Shown here piece by piece: positions 48,826-61,526 of a stretch of 64,000 nt of DNA. Source of the stretch: Cetorhinus maximus. Lineage: Eukaryota. The position numbers and the translations under genes were made by a program. The notes below the pieces were generated by a model, which was given only the letters and a program-made list of their open reading frames with translations, did not search any database and was not told the DNA's origin. Each line of letters starts with the position of its first letter. Position 1 is the stretch's first letter. The DNA lies in contig NC_135899.1 in NCBI RefSeq assembly GCF_964194155.1, positions 10,230,001 to 10,294,000 of the forward strand. The letters are read 5' to 3'.

Positions 48826-50610
48826 TGCTAGAGGTAAGGATGACACGGAAAAAGTCTGCTTATGACAGATGTAATGTGGATAATGCAATTGAGAACCAGT
48901 TCAGAGAAAAAGTTCAGAGGGGAATTAAGGAACAAATAAGAGAAGCAAAGAGAGTATGAGAACAGTCTGACAGCCAACAGAAAACGGAATCCAAAAGTGC
49001 ACGATATGCATGTGAATAGTAAAATGATGACAAAAGGAGGATTGTCGCTGATTACGGACCATAAGAGGGATCTACACATGGGGTTAGGAGACATTGCTGA
49101 GGTACGACATAAATACTTTGCATCTGCCTAAACCATGGAGTAAGGTGCTACACAAGTCATAGTAAAAGGGGAGGAAGTTTAGACACTTGAAGAGTTTAAA
49201 ATTGATAAGTAGAAGGTGTTTGATAAGCTGCCGGTACTTATAGTTGATAAGACAACAGAACAGGATCAGATGCATTAAAATACACCGAGGAAGTAAAAGT
49301 GGAAATTGTGGAGGCACTGACCATAATTTTTTAATCTTCCATAAACTTGCGGGTAATGCCAGAGGAAAGGATGCAGCCAGTTACTATTTGCTACAAGCTC
49401 AGCTGCAGGACTTGTTGGAAAGCTGCCTGATAGATGATGGCGTTTGAGACTCCACTCTGGGTTTTATGTTGGGGTTATGTCCTTAGTCTTCTTCTTTGCC
49501 AGGACACACAGAAGATGATGAAGCTCTTTGCCCTGGGCTCTGGTTCATGGGAACCAGGGCCTAATCACTCGCTGGTGGACCCGCATGCTGTGTTTCTGGG
49601 GGCCAGGCCTCCTCCGAGTGCCCTCTAGTTTAACCTGGGACCCGGGGCGCTCAGTTTGTGTATGTCACCACAGTGAGGCACTGCACAGGGTTTGGTGATG
49701 GAGAGGCTATGTACTAACAGGGAGTGATTTCCACAGTCAGGTCTCTTTTTTACAATTAATGTACTTCCACCCACTACGTCAACACACTTGATGCATCACA
49801 TCAGATGGGAACTTAGGTTTGTCCTGAATTATCGTTTCTGAAAGATTCTCTTCAAGCTAGATTAAACTGACTGGCCTGTAGTTGCTAGGCTTAATTCTAC
49901 ACCCTTTTATGAATGAGAATGCAATTCTCCAGTCATCTGGCACCACCCGCAAGTTTATCGAAGATTAAAAAATTATGGTCAGCGCCTCCACAATTTCCAC
50001 TTTTACTTCCTCAGTGTATTTTACTGGATCTGATTCTGTTATCTTATCAACTTTAAGTACAGGCCACTTATCAAACACCTTCTACTTATCAATTTTAAAC
50101 ACTTCAAGTGCCTGAACTACCTCCATTTTTACTGTGACTTGTGTAGCACCTTACCCCATGGTAAAGGCAAATGCAAAATATTCATGTCACACCTCAGCAA
50201 TGGCTCCTGACCCCATGTGCAGATCCCTCTTATGGTCCGTAATGAACCGCAATCCTCCTATTCACATGCATATAGTAGACTTTTGGATTCCGTTTTCTAT
50301 TGGCTGCCAGACTGTTCTCACACTCTCTCTTTGCTTCTCTTATTTGTTTTTTAATTCCCCTCTGAACTTTCCATATTCAACCTGGTTCTCAACTGCATTA
50401 TCCACATTACATCTGTCATAAGCAGACTGTTTCCGTGTCATACTTATCTCAATCTCTTTCATCATCCAAGGAGATCTGAGTTTCTTTGCCCTATCTTCCT
50501 CCCTCGTGGGAATATACTTTGGCTAGACCCGAACTGATTCTTCTTCAAAAGCAGCTCATTGCTCAGTTACATATTTGCCTACCAATATTTCATTATAATT
50601 CATCTGGGCC
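48826..50610. repeat. Two CR1 internal fragments in inverted orientation (48826-49370 +, 49850-50610 -)
   Basis: ORF-track peptides PMCRSLLWSV...SLCFSYLF.NSPLNF appear on opposite strands; nucleotide arms align. Confidence 0.85.
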
Positions 50611-50889
50611 AGATACATCCTTGGTTTTGGCCTTCTTATTCTGAGGAACTCCGACACTGATATCCTGGATTTTTTTTTTCTCCATAGATGCTGTTAGAAC
50701 TGCTGGGCTTTTCCAGCATTTTCTGTTTCTGTCTCAGGCATTTATTTTGTTCAATGCAGAGATTGTGAGATTTCTAAATGCCAATAGCGAATAGGGATAT
50801 TGGGTTACTGTGGGTAAAAGTCATTGAAGCGGATGATCAGCAGTAGGCTCGATGGACTGAATGGCCTACCCCGGTTCCGATGTTCCTTT

Positions 50890-51135
50890 GTCTCAGGCAC
50901 AGGTGGAGAGGGAACCCAGGTTAATATTCCGGGTACAAACCCTGTATCGGAACTGGAAACTCAAAGATCAGCAAGGACCTCAGTAGGGCTGGGGGAGAGA
51001 AGAAACAAATTGAAGCTCAATTGTAGAGAGGAACTTCCTGGGTAGAATGAGCTGGGAACTGCAGGAACCTGTAATGTTGCTGCATTGGCAGGAGGTGGCG
51101 CCAGATCACCATATTTGAGATGAATCAGTGCAGCC
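50890..51135 (+). pseudogene. Paralogous copy of the TRIM 3' flank/3'UTR
   Basis: Aligns with 31712-31985 (ccaggttaa...aaccctgtat.ggaactgg...agaaacaaat.gaagctcaattgtagagaggaactt.ctgggtagaatgagctg). Confidence 0.85.
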
Positions 51136-51509
51136 CTTCTGCTGTCAATCGCTGCTTTCAACTATCGAATGGAAACCGCATTTTCTTTAAGAGGAACAAC
51201 TCGTTGTTTAATTACATTCCAGAAGCATAAGATAAATATTTTATTGCAACTTGCTCCAGACTCTGTTTGCTTCTGGTTCGACCTCGTAAAAATCAATCAC
51301 TTGTTAAAAAAAAGCAAGAAAAAAAATCCCAACCACCAACAGAAAGAATCGTTTTAAGACTTTTCCTTCAAAATAGCCTTAACATGACCTAACATGCAAG
51401 CAATACACCAAATTCTCAAAAATTACTACCCCACTAACTAATTGACACAACAGAAGTGCATTACGCCAGATTCCCAGCTAATATGTAACCCATTTATGGA
51501 GAAATTATT

Positions 51510-52508
51510 TTTTGTTCTTCTTTCACGGGCTGTGGGCCTTGCTGGCCAGGCCAGCATTTAATGTCCATTCCTGATTGCCCTTGAGAAGGTGCTGGTGAGC
51601 CGCCTCCTTAAACCTGTGCAGTCGATGTGGCCTAGGCATATCCACATGACTGTTAGGGAGGGAGTTCCAGAAATTTGACCCAGTGACAGTGAAGGAACGG
51701 CGATAAAGTTCCAAGTCAGATGGTGAGTGGCTCTGAGGTAAACTTGGAGGTTGCTGGTGTTCCCATGCACCTACGGCCCTTGTCCTTCTAGGTGGCAGAG
51801 ATCGCGGGTTTGGAAGGTACTGTCAAAGGACGCTTGGCGAGTTGCGGCAGTGCACCTTGTAGATGGTGCATATGTGTATGGATGCAGCCCCTGTGCATCC
51901 ATGTTGGAGGGAGTAAACATTGAAGGTGGTGGATGGCAAGCCAATCAAGCGGCCTGCTTTGTCCTGGACGGTGTCAAGCTTCTGGGGTGTTTTTGGAGCT
52001 TCACTCATCCGGGCAAATGGAGAGTATTCCATCACACTCGAATTGTGCCTTATCGATGGTGGCCAGGCTGTGGGGAGTCAGGAGGTGAGTTACTCGCTGT
52101 AGAATTTCCCGCCTTTGAACTTCCCCTGTAGCCAAACTATTTATTAGCTTGTTCGGTTCAGTTTCTGGTCAATGGTAATCTTCAGGTTGCTGATAATGGG
52201 GGTTTAGTGATTGTAATGTCATTAAATGTCAACGGGTGATGATTGGATTCTCTCTTGTGGGAGATGATCATTGTCTGACACTTGTGTGTCGTGAATGTTA
52301 CTTGCTACTTGTCAGCCCAAGCCTGGATATTGCCCAGGCCTTGCTGCATTTGGACATGGACTGCTTCAGTATCTGAAGAGTTCCAAATGGTGCTGAACAA
52401 TGTGCAAGAATCAGCGATCATCCCCACTTCTGAACTTATGATGGAAGGGAGGCCATTGATGCAGCAGCTGAAGATGGTTGGGCCGAGGACACTATCCAGA
52501 GGAACTGT
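51510..52508 (-). mobile_element. 3' fragment of the tRNA-headed LINE family
   Basis: VLGPTIFSCCINGLPSII...MIAD; MEYSP.A.MS.AP.T..KL; tail matches 45850-45900. Confidence 0.88.
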
Positions 52509-52829
52509 CTCGCCAGTAGGTGATAATAACGTTAAAAACACATCCCTGCCATCTCTGAACCATTACTTTCTGTTTCACTTCATTATATTTCCAAATATCA
52601 TCAACTTTCCTTGTGTTCCAAACCATTCGAGCCTTTCTGGTTTTCTCATGGAAGTGTCAACATTTCATGTTGAAAGTCTCTTCCAAATGAACATTCAAAA
52701 GTGATTTGACCAAATCAGTTGTGAATATCCTTGTATATTAATTATCCAGTTTTAAGCCATTTAAGGACCCATTGTGACAGGGTTATGATTGAGATCAGTG
52801 TTCCTTATTAATGAATTGATTATATCGAA

Positions 52830-53280
52830 TCATGAGGATTCGGAGTGGGAGTAGATCATAAGGCTGCACCAGCCTGCTCTGTAATTTGACCATCCCTGAT
52901 CCTCTCTCTCATCTTCACCTTCCCATCCTCTCCCATATTCCTGAACATGCTGAGAGGTTTACAAAATACAGTCTATCTCAGCCTGAAATAATTTCAGCAA
53001 TGGAGCATCCACAGCCTTCGGGGGAAGAGAATTCCAAAGAAGTTTCTCCTCATCTCAGTCCTAAGTGTTCAGCCCCTTATCCTGAGGCTGTGCCCTAGTG
53101 TTTTCGATTCTGCAGTCAGGGGAAACAACCTTGCAGTGTCAGCCCTGTCAAGGCCCTTCATAACCTTGTACGTTCCTTTGAAATCACTTCTATTCTTCTG
53201 AACACCAGAGATTATAACCCGCCAATCAAAGGACAACCTTTCATCCCAGGAACCAATCTAGTGAACCTTTGTTGTATCGA
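52830..53280 (-). mobile_element. CR1 3' fragment
   Basis: Similar to other CR1 3' ends (tttctcctcatctcagtcct). Confidence 0.7.
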
Positions 53281-54674
53281 AAGATGAATTTTTTCTGAAA
53301 TAGATTTTTCTTCAATATTTCGTTACTATTTGCATTCTAAATCATGAAACAGATATATTACAACTCAAGCCTTCGTTTTTTAAGATTTGAAGTCATTATG
53401 AATAATATTTATAATTTTACCTGGCATTCAGAAGGTGTGCACACTTATTGAGGATTTTGCATGGTAAATAAGAGAACAAAAAAATGACCTCTGGACTAGC
53501 CTCGAAAATATCTATTACATGCCTCCACTCTTTTTACTGAGTGGATCCTTTAACTAGCCCAAGAGGCCTTGTTTTATATTTGGTTCGGAGTCTTCTTCAT
53601 AAATTACGTGAATACCAAACATTTGACAGCATAACATAGAATACACTTCAATATGCCACTTCATATTGTTGCTCAGTTATTTTTGGAGAACTGGTCGTAC
53701 CTCGCTCCTCGGACATACTCTCCTGAAATTGACAAAACGTATCTGTAAACACGTTAACAGCAGACCGATGGCAGTGCACAGTCGACAAGGTGCAACTTTG
53801 CAATGTGAAAGAGCACGAGAATGAATCATAAACATGTTGAGCAACTGGCTGATCTCAAATGCCAAAAACCTGAAGGGGAGGTTTGGACCTTGAAGAGGAA
53901 TTGATGTATACTGTCGGAAGGAAAGAATTGTAAAGCTATTTAGCAAAGGCGAGCCAACTGTATTGGACTAACTGATTTAAAGGTTAGTGCAGTCAACGTT
54001 CTGGCGTTCAATATTGAGGGTGAGTGATTGGCCAGCTTGTGACAGGGATTTTTATAAACAGATACAAAGTCAACAAGAAACAGAAATAAGTGCTGGAGGA
54101 AACCAAATAATCAGTTAATTGAAGATGCAGTGACGAAAGGAAGACACTTCTAAAAACACAGAGAAAGGGACGATAATATGAATCTAGAGGAATAGTAATG
54201 GGCTATGCAGCTTCGGCAACCTTTACGACCATTCAGTTGAATCAAGCAGCAACTCCTAATGCAGGTGACCAAATCATGAAGGAAGAAGTTGTTAGGAAGT
54301 GAGAGACTATGTTTAGGACAAAAATGCGGTTGGTAAGGTGCAGGGAGATTCTGGCTGCAGGAAAGTGGGTAGTGATGAGAGTGGGACTAATGAAAAGGGA
54401 GTTACATAGAGATGGATAGGTTCACATTGAAAATAAATGACAAAGGACACTCGTGTAACAGAAACGACTGAATGGCAATTTAAGAAATGATGCAAGGACT
54501 CTGAAACTTCCCATGCAAGTCTGGCCTAGAAAATCAGAGCAATTTTCTTCACGATATTTCCTGCCATAATAAAACAAATGTTAGGAAAATTGCAAATAGG
54601 AATATCGGCCGGCCAATCTGCTGCAAAAATAATGGCGGTTTGTAATTTTTAAAAAAAGGTAAGACATTCACGCG

Positions 54675-55072
54675 TTGTCAATGTTGCTGACAAGGCCAGC
54701 ATTTATTTTCCACCCCTAATTACATTTGGGAAGGTGGCACTGAGCCACATTCTTGAAAACAATTGAATGGCTTGTTAGCCCATTGGAAGACAGTTCAAAG
54801 TGAAACACAATACTATGGCTCTGAAGTCACATACGGAGCAGCCCAGGTAAGTATGGCAAATGTCCTTCCCTAAATGGCATTAGAGAACCAGATGACTGTT
54901 TACAACAATCCCATTGTCTCATGATCGCCATTACCTATTCTATTTTTCCATTTCAGATGTCTTTTTAGTTTATTGAATTTAAATTCTCCGGCTACCGTCA
55001 CAGGATTTGAACTCATGTCGCCAAGTCATTATTTCAGGTCTCTGGATTACTAGTCCAGCAACATAACCATTT
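54675..55072 (-). mobile_element. tRNA-Thr-like SINE (head + tail type)
   Basis: ctggattactagtccag anticodon arm, ggatttgaact B box, LINE-type tail caaggccagcatttatt. Confidence 0.78.
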
Positions 55073-56144
55073 TGATGATGTTCTTGTGACAAAACAGGAG
55101 CGATGACCAAATAAAAGCAATGGAACTGCTTAGTAGCGTGGAAGTCGATGCAAGAAACATTTTCAGCCGACAGTAAAGAGAAGGCCAAGAGGAAATGCGA
55201 TCCCACATGACACCGATTGATTAATTAAATCTAGAGAGCAGGCGGATGATATACAAGGGCTAGGTAACATTACAAGGGTAAACTAAGGAACAAAGGATAG
55301 TCATATCTACACTAAGCTGTAGAGATGGAAATGCTAAATGCATTAAGCATAATTAATTCTTTCACGTATGGCTGTGTGACTCTGGAACTACAACACTGTA
55401 CAAATATTTTAAACAAGGTTGTCTGCAGAGGCGAACATTCAATCCTTCGAGCCTGTTCCACCATTCTGTTAGATCATGAGTGGCTCTGTACCTCAACTGC
55501 ATTTACCCACCTTTATTCTCTCTCCATTAATGTGCCCAATCAACAAGAAGCTGTCATCCCTCAGTCCTGAAAACTTTAAATTGATTTATCCTAGTGTCCA
55601 GTTTTTTGAAGGAGAGTTCCAGGTTCGCGTCTCCTGTTAATAGTTGTTTTTTCTCTCTCTCTCTCTCTGTATTTGCAATCACTTATCGGGAACATTAGCG
55701 TACAGGATGGACATGATGGTGTCTGGATGGGTAGTGCGCAGTTACACTATTAACTATACACCGTCTGATCAGGATATGAAGCTGGGAAATTTACTTCCCA
55801 GATGGGATGAGAAGAGAATGGGAAAGCAGGCAGGATTATGTTAATATTCATTTCGAACAGCCAACTGGATACCAAAGTGGCTCTGAATCTAGTTTGATAA
55901 TATGATACATGGCTGCTTCGTGACCCATTGCGTTAGTGAAGCCACGGAAGACTTGATGACATAAGTGGTTTATGACATCAAGGATGAATGTAAAGAGAAG
56001 CTTTTGGAGGCAGTCTCATATAATCTGGAATTGAAAAATGATGACTGCCTGCAACAATGGATTAAGAGACTCAAGTAGCCGCCGCGCAATGAGCAAGTTG
56101 AAGGCGCAATGCGCATTAAATTCAATCTCTATATCTGGTGTGAG

Positions 56145-57350
56145 CTCAGAATCACGGAATCTTACAGCATAGAACGATGCCATTCAGCCCCTTCAAGTCT
56201 GTGTCGGCTCTTTGAAAGAGCTGGCTAATTTATTCACACACTCCGGCTTTCTCCCCAGAATCCTGAAAATTCAAGGACACTCTAATTGTCTTTTGACAGT
56301 TATTTTGGAATCCGCGTCCATCGCCCTTTCTGTTAGGATGTTCCAGATCTTAACAGCCTTTTTTTTCCACAAAGCTTTTTCCACATTTTCTTTCTAGCTC
56401 TTTTGTCAATTATTTCAAATCTATGATCTCTTATTACCGACCAACTCGTCAGAATGACTGGTTCCCCCTTATTTTCTTGTTCAAAACACCTCAGAAAATT
56501 GAATATCTCGATTATGTCTACCCTTAATTTTGTCTACTCCAAGCAGAACAAGCCCAGCTTCACACAACTGACCTCACCCATTCCTGGTCTTATTCGGGTA
56601 ACATTCTTTGGACTATCACCAATGTGGTTTCCAGATTTGTACACAATATTCGGGCTGAGGACCATCCGTCATTCGTAAAGATTTAGCATGATTTCCTTGT
56701 TTTTTGTTTTCAATATTCTCATTGACAAAGCCAAGTATCTTATATGCATGCTTGACTACATTACCAATTTGCCCTACCACATTCAAAGATTTGTGAACGT
56801 GCATCCCAAGGTATTTCTACTGTTCCAGCCTATTCGAAGCACCGGGTTGGCCTTGTCAGGTGTGGTGGTGATATTAAAATCTGGAAAGCTGGAATATTGA
56901 ACCAGAATGCAGGAGATGAAATCCAACTTTGTGCTGTTGAGAAATTGAATTAATTTTATACCAAATGAGAATTTAGAATGGTAAGCGGTTATTTGGTCAA
57001 AGCTTTCAAGATATTAAGCTGAATGTGTATAGAGTCGATAAATAGAAACTGCTTGTGCTGGTTGGGGAATTTGGGCTGGGGAGCATATTTCTGGAAATAA
57101 GATACAAACCTTTCAGGAGGGAGATTATAATAAAAAATGTGGTAGATGTTTGCCATTCTATAACCAAATTACTATTCTTGCTCGATCAATTTTACATTTT
57201 AAGTCCGAGATAGATAGATACATTCTTGTCAATCAAAATTATTGAGGGATATGGAACCAGGCAGAGTATAGAGTTCGGTCATAGATCAGCCATTAAATTG
57301 CTGAACAGGATAGAGGGACTAAATTGCCTCCTCCTTTTGCTGTGTTCCTT
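56145..57350. mobile_element. Two old CR1 3' fragments (56145-56830 minus; ~56980-57350 plus)
   Basis: PQPEYCVQIW.PH and 3' UTR remnants. Confidence 0.65.
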
Positions 57351-57591
57351 ATGGAAAAAGGGGGCCTGAACGAATTTGTATTTTGACGCCCTTTGGGTGT
57401 CAGTATGTAGTAGTATTTAACGAATGTTTCAGGAATAAAAAGGCAACGCCAAAGGTTATTTCACAAGTTAAATAATAAGCAATCATAAAAATAGCATTGC
57501 GTCTAAGTGATACATGAACTTAACCTTAAATTAAACAATGAACTAATAAAGAACGTCAGTAAATAAAAATATTTGGAAACTTTTAGTCACA

Positions 57592-60040
57592 CCTTTCTCG
57601 ATAGACAGAGTGGCCAGTGAAGATAGCGTGTCCTCCCATGGTTAATCACAAATATTATTTTATACGCATCAACTTTGAGCAACTCAGTTCGTTGCTCACC
57701 ACTAATACAGGCATGGTTAAAAGGATCCCGAGAGTTGTCTATGTATTTGGAAACATGCTGTTGCAACTTCACGTTTGTTAAGTTTCAACAGCACTGCAGT
57801 CAATGGAAAGCATTTTTTTGGATTTAGACAAATTCTGCGTGGAAGTCCGCTCCAGCAATATTAGACACTCTTCACCACGGTGCCCTGGGATGACGCTGTC
57901 TCATACTGTCTCATCACGGAATGTTGGCAGGACTCATAGCCTTGCCGTATCCAGTGCCTTCACGTGGAGTGAATTGAATTGCCTGAAGACTGACATCTGT
58001 GATGCTGGGGGCCCACAGAGGAGACTGAGGTGGATCATTCACTCCGCACTGCTGGCTGAAGATTGTAGCAAATGCTTCAGCCTTATCTTTTGCACTGGTG
58101 TGTTGGGCTCCCCCATCATTGAGGATAGGGATATTTGTGTGTCTTCCTCCAATGAGTTGTTTAATTGTCCATCACCATTCACGACTGGATATGGCATGAC
58201 TGCAGAACTTTGATCTGATCCGTTGGTTGTGTAATCGCTTAGTTCTGTCTATCACGTGCTGATAATACTGTTTAGCATGCAGGTCGTCCTGCGTTGCAGC
58301 TTCAAAAGGTTGCCATCTCATTTTAAAGTTTGCCTGATGCTGCTCCTGGCATGCCATCCTGCACCCTTCATTGAACCAGCGTTGACCCCCTGGCTTGATT
58401 GTAATGGTAGAGTGGGAATATGCCAGGCCATGAGGTTATGGATTGTGTTCGAATACAATTCTGCTGCTGCTGATGGCCCACAGCGCCTCATGGAGGCCCA
58501 GTCTTGATTTGTTCGAAATCTATCCCATTTACACGACAATAGTGCCCCACAACACAGTGGAGCATGTGCGGTGGTCGCACCTACTGATACTGTCATGGAC
58601 AAATGCATCTGTGGCAGACACATTGGCGAGGATGTGGTCAAGTATGTTTTTCCCCCTTGTTGGTGACTTTCCCACCTGCCACAGACCCAGTCTAGCAGTT
58701 ACATCCTTTATGACTCAAACACCGGTGGTGCTACCGAGCCACTCATTGTGATGGGCATTGAAGTCCCCACTCGGGGTACAGTCTGCGCTCTTGCCACCCT
58801 CAGTGCTTCCTCCAAATGATGTTCAACACGATTCATCAACTGAGGGGTGGGCGGTACGTAGTAATCAACAGGATGGTTTATAGCCCATGTTTGACATGTT
58901 GACATGGGACTTCATGGGGCCCAGAGAGAATGTTCAGGACTCCCAGTGAAACTTCCTCCCGACTGTGTACCACTGTGCTGCATCTGTCCTTCCAGTGGGA
59001 CAGGACATACCCAGGGATGGATGATGGTGGTGTGTGGGACATTTTCTGTAAGATATGTTTCCGTGAGAATGACCATGTCCAGCAGTTGCTTGAATAGTCT
59101 GAGAGACAGCTCTGCCAATTTTGGCTCCAGTCTCCAGATGATAGTAAGGAAGACTTTGGAGGCTGGACTTAGCTGAGTTTGTCATGGTCATTTCCGGTGA
59201 CTAGGTCGATGCTGGGTGGTCCATCCCTTTTAAGCTTTTTAGCAGACTGAAACAACTGAAGGCTTGCTAGGCCATTCCATAAGACATGTAAGAGTCAACC
59301 ACATTGACCTGGGCCTGGAGTCACATGTATTTCCTTCCCTAAAGGATATTCGTGAACAAGATTTCCGCTCCACCTCACCCCCCACCCCCCACCACCCCCC
59401 AATCCCCATCTCATCCCCGACAATGGTTTCATGGTCATTATTGGGCTTTTAATTTCAGACTTTTATTGGATTCAAATTTCACCACCTGCCATGGTGGAAT
59501 TTAAACCCGTGTCCTCAGAGCATTACTAGTCCAGCGACAATATCACTACGCCATCGCCTCCCCACAAGGAAGAATTTAAACTGTAAGAAAAAGGGACATT
59601 TAATTTTTGGCAAGTGTCCACTTGTCAACCAATCTTCACCCGTTTCCCTTGCAGTATAAATTGTTGTTCCTTTTGAAATTTGGTATTTTTGCGTCTTTCC
59701 TAATCGGTGCAAGACAAAAAGCTTCAATAGCTTTTTTAAACTTTCAGTGCTTCTCAACTTCTGCACAACCAATAAACTACTTAGTTCATTGCCAGGTTTT
59801 GTATCATCCGCAAACTTTGAAATTGTGCTTTCTATATTCCAATTTAGATGATTTATATGGAACAAGAAAATATTATCATGGATTGTTTAGGATTGCTTAC
59901 CAAGTTGTCTCAATCCTGAAGAAAATGCCATCATTTTCGTCATTCAGTGCTTTGACCAAGTTGCACTGTTATTTGTGCAAGATATTGCACAATTTAGAAA
60001 ATTCAGAGTCGTTGAGGTTCTGCAATTGACTCGACTGTTC
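57592..60040 (-). pseudogene. TRIM copy 3, old minus-strand relic: exon 3 (from 60040 to ~59735, split by a CR1 scrap) and probable exon 5 (~57592-57650)
   Basis: ttttccttcacag|EQSSQLQNLNDSEFSKLCNILHK*QCNLVKALNDENDGIF aligns with exon 3; aatatttgtgattaacc...acacgctatct...ctgtctatcgagaaag resembles the exon 5 start. Confidence 0.65.
57900..59563 (-). mobile_element. 5' half of tRNA-headed CR1-clade LINE
   Basis: Head GAGGCGATGGCGTAGTG...ctggactagtaa at 59500-59563, contiguous with APE (ELSLRLFKQLLDMVILTETYL) and linker. Confidence 0.88.
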
Positions 60041-60103
60041 CTGTGAAGGAAAATACAGTTTGTTAAGGAAGGAAACAAAGCACCGCGATCATTATGTTTA
60101 ATA

Positions 60104-61494
60104 AGAACCTAAGAACCTAAGAAATAGGAACAGGATTAGACCATTCGGCCCCTCGAGCCTGCTCCGCCGTTCAATAAGATCATGGCTGTTCTGGTTGTGT
60201 TTCGATTTCCATATTCCCATCTAACCTCTAAAACCTTTTATCCTCTTGCCTAACAAGAATGTATCTACCTCTGCCTTAAAAATATTCAATGACCCTGCCT
60301 CCACCACCTTCTGAGGCAGAGAGTTCCAAAGCCGCAAAACCCTCTGAGAGAAAAATTTTCTCCTCATCTCTGTCCTAAAAGGGCGGTCCCTAATTTTAAA
60401 ACAGTACCCCCTAGTCTTGGGCTCACCCACAAGAGTAAACATATTTTCGACGTTCGCCTTGTCAAGGCCCTTCAGGGTCTTGTATACTTCAATCAAATCA
60501 CTCCTCACTCTTCTAATCTCCAGTGGACGCAAACCCAGCCTATCCAACCTTCCCTGATAAGACAGCCCTCTCATTCCAGGTACCAATCTCTTAAACCGCC
60601 TTTGAACCACCTCCAATGCATTGGCATCCTTCCGCACAAAGGATTTGATGTGCGGTCTCACCAATACCCTGTATAACTGAAGCTTAACATGCTTATTTTT
60701 CTGCTCAATCCCTCTCATAATAAAGGATAGCATTCCATTAGCCTACTTAATTTCTTGCTGGACCCTCATACTAAATTTTGTGATTCATGTACTAGAACAC
60801 CTAGATCCCTCTGCACCTCAGAATTATACAGCTGTTCTCCACTTAAGTAATCCTTTTTTTTTGTTCTTCCTGCCAAAATGAACAACTTCACATTTTCCCA
60901 CATTAAACTCCATTTGCCTGATGTTTACCAATCACTCATCCTATCTATATCCATCTGCAACCTCCTCATATCCTACTCACAGCATATTTTCCTGCCTATC
61001 TTTGTGTCATCTGCAAAGTTAGCTACCATGTCTTCACTCCTCTCATCTAAGTTATTGATGTAAATCGTAAGGAGTTGAGGCCCCAGCACAGACCCTAGTG
61101 GGACACCAATCATCACATCCTGTCAATCAGAAAAATACCCATTTATGCATAATCTCTGATTTCTGACAGCCAGCCAATCTACTATCCATGCTAATATGTT
61201 ACCCACTACACGATGTGCTTTTATTTTCCGCAATAATCTTTGATGTGGCACCTTATTAAATGCCTTCTGGAAATCCCAGTACAGTACATCTGAAAGTTCT
61301 CTGTGCATGTTACTCCTTCAAAAAACTCCAACAAATTGGTTAAACATGATTTTCCTTTCACAAAGCCATGCTGACTCTTCCGTATTGCATTGATCTCTTT
61401 CAAGTGACCAGTTATAACCTCCTTAATGATTGATTCTAATGACTTCCACATGACAGGTGTCAAGCTAACTGGCCTATAGTTTCCTGGTTTCTGC

Positions 61495-61526
<32 letters not shown>

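Noticed and set aside
53400-54060. Possible PRY/SPRY exon of the minus-strand TRIM copy
   Set aside because: Only two or three residue-level resemblances; no LDYE/YWEV motifs recoverable
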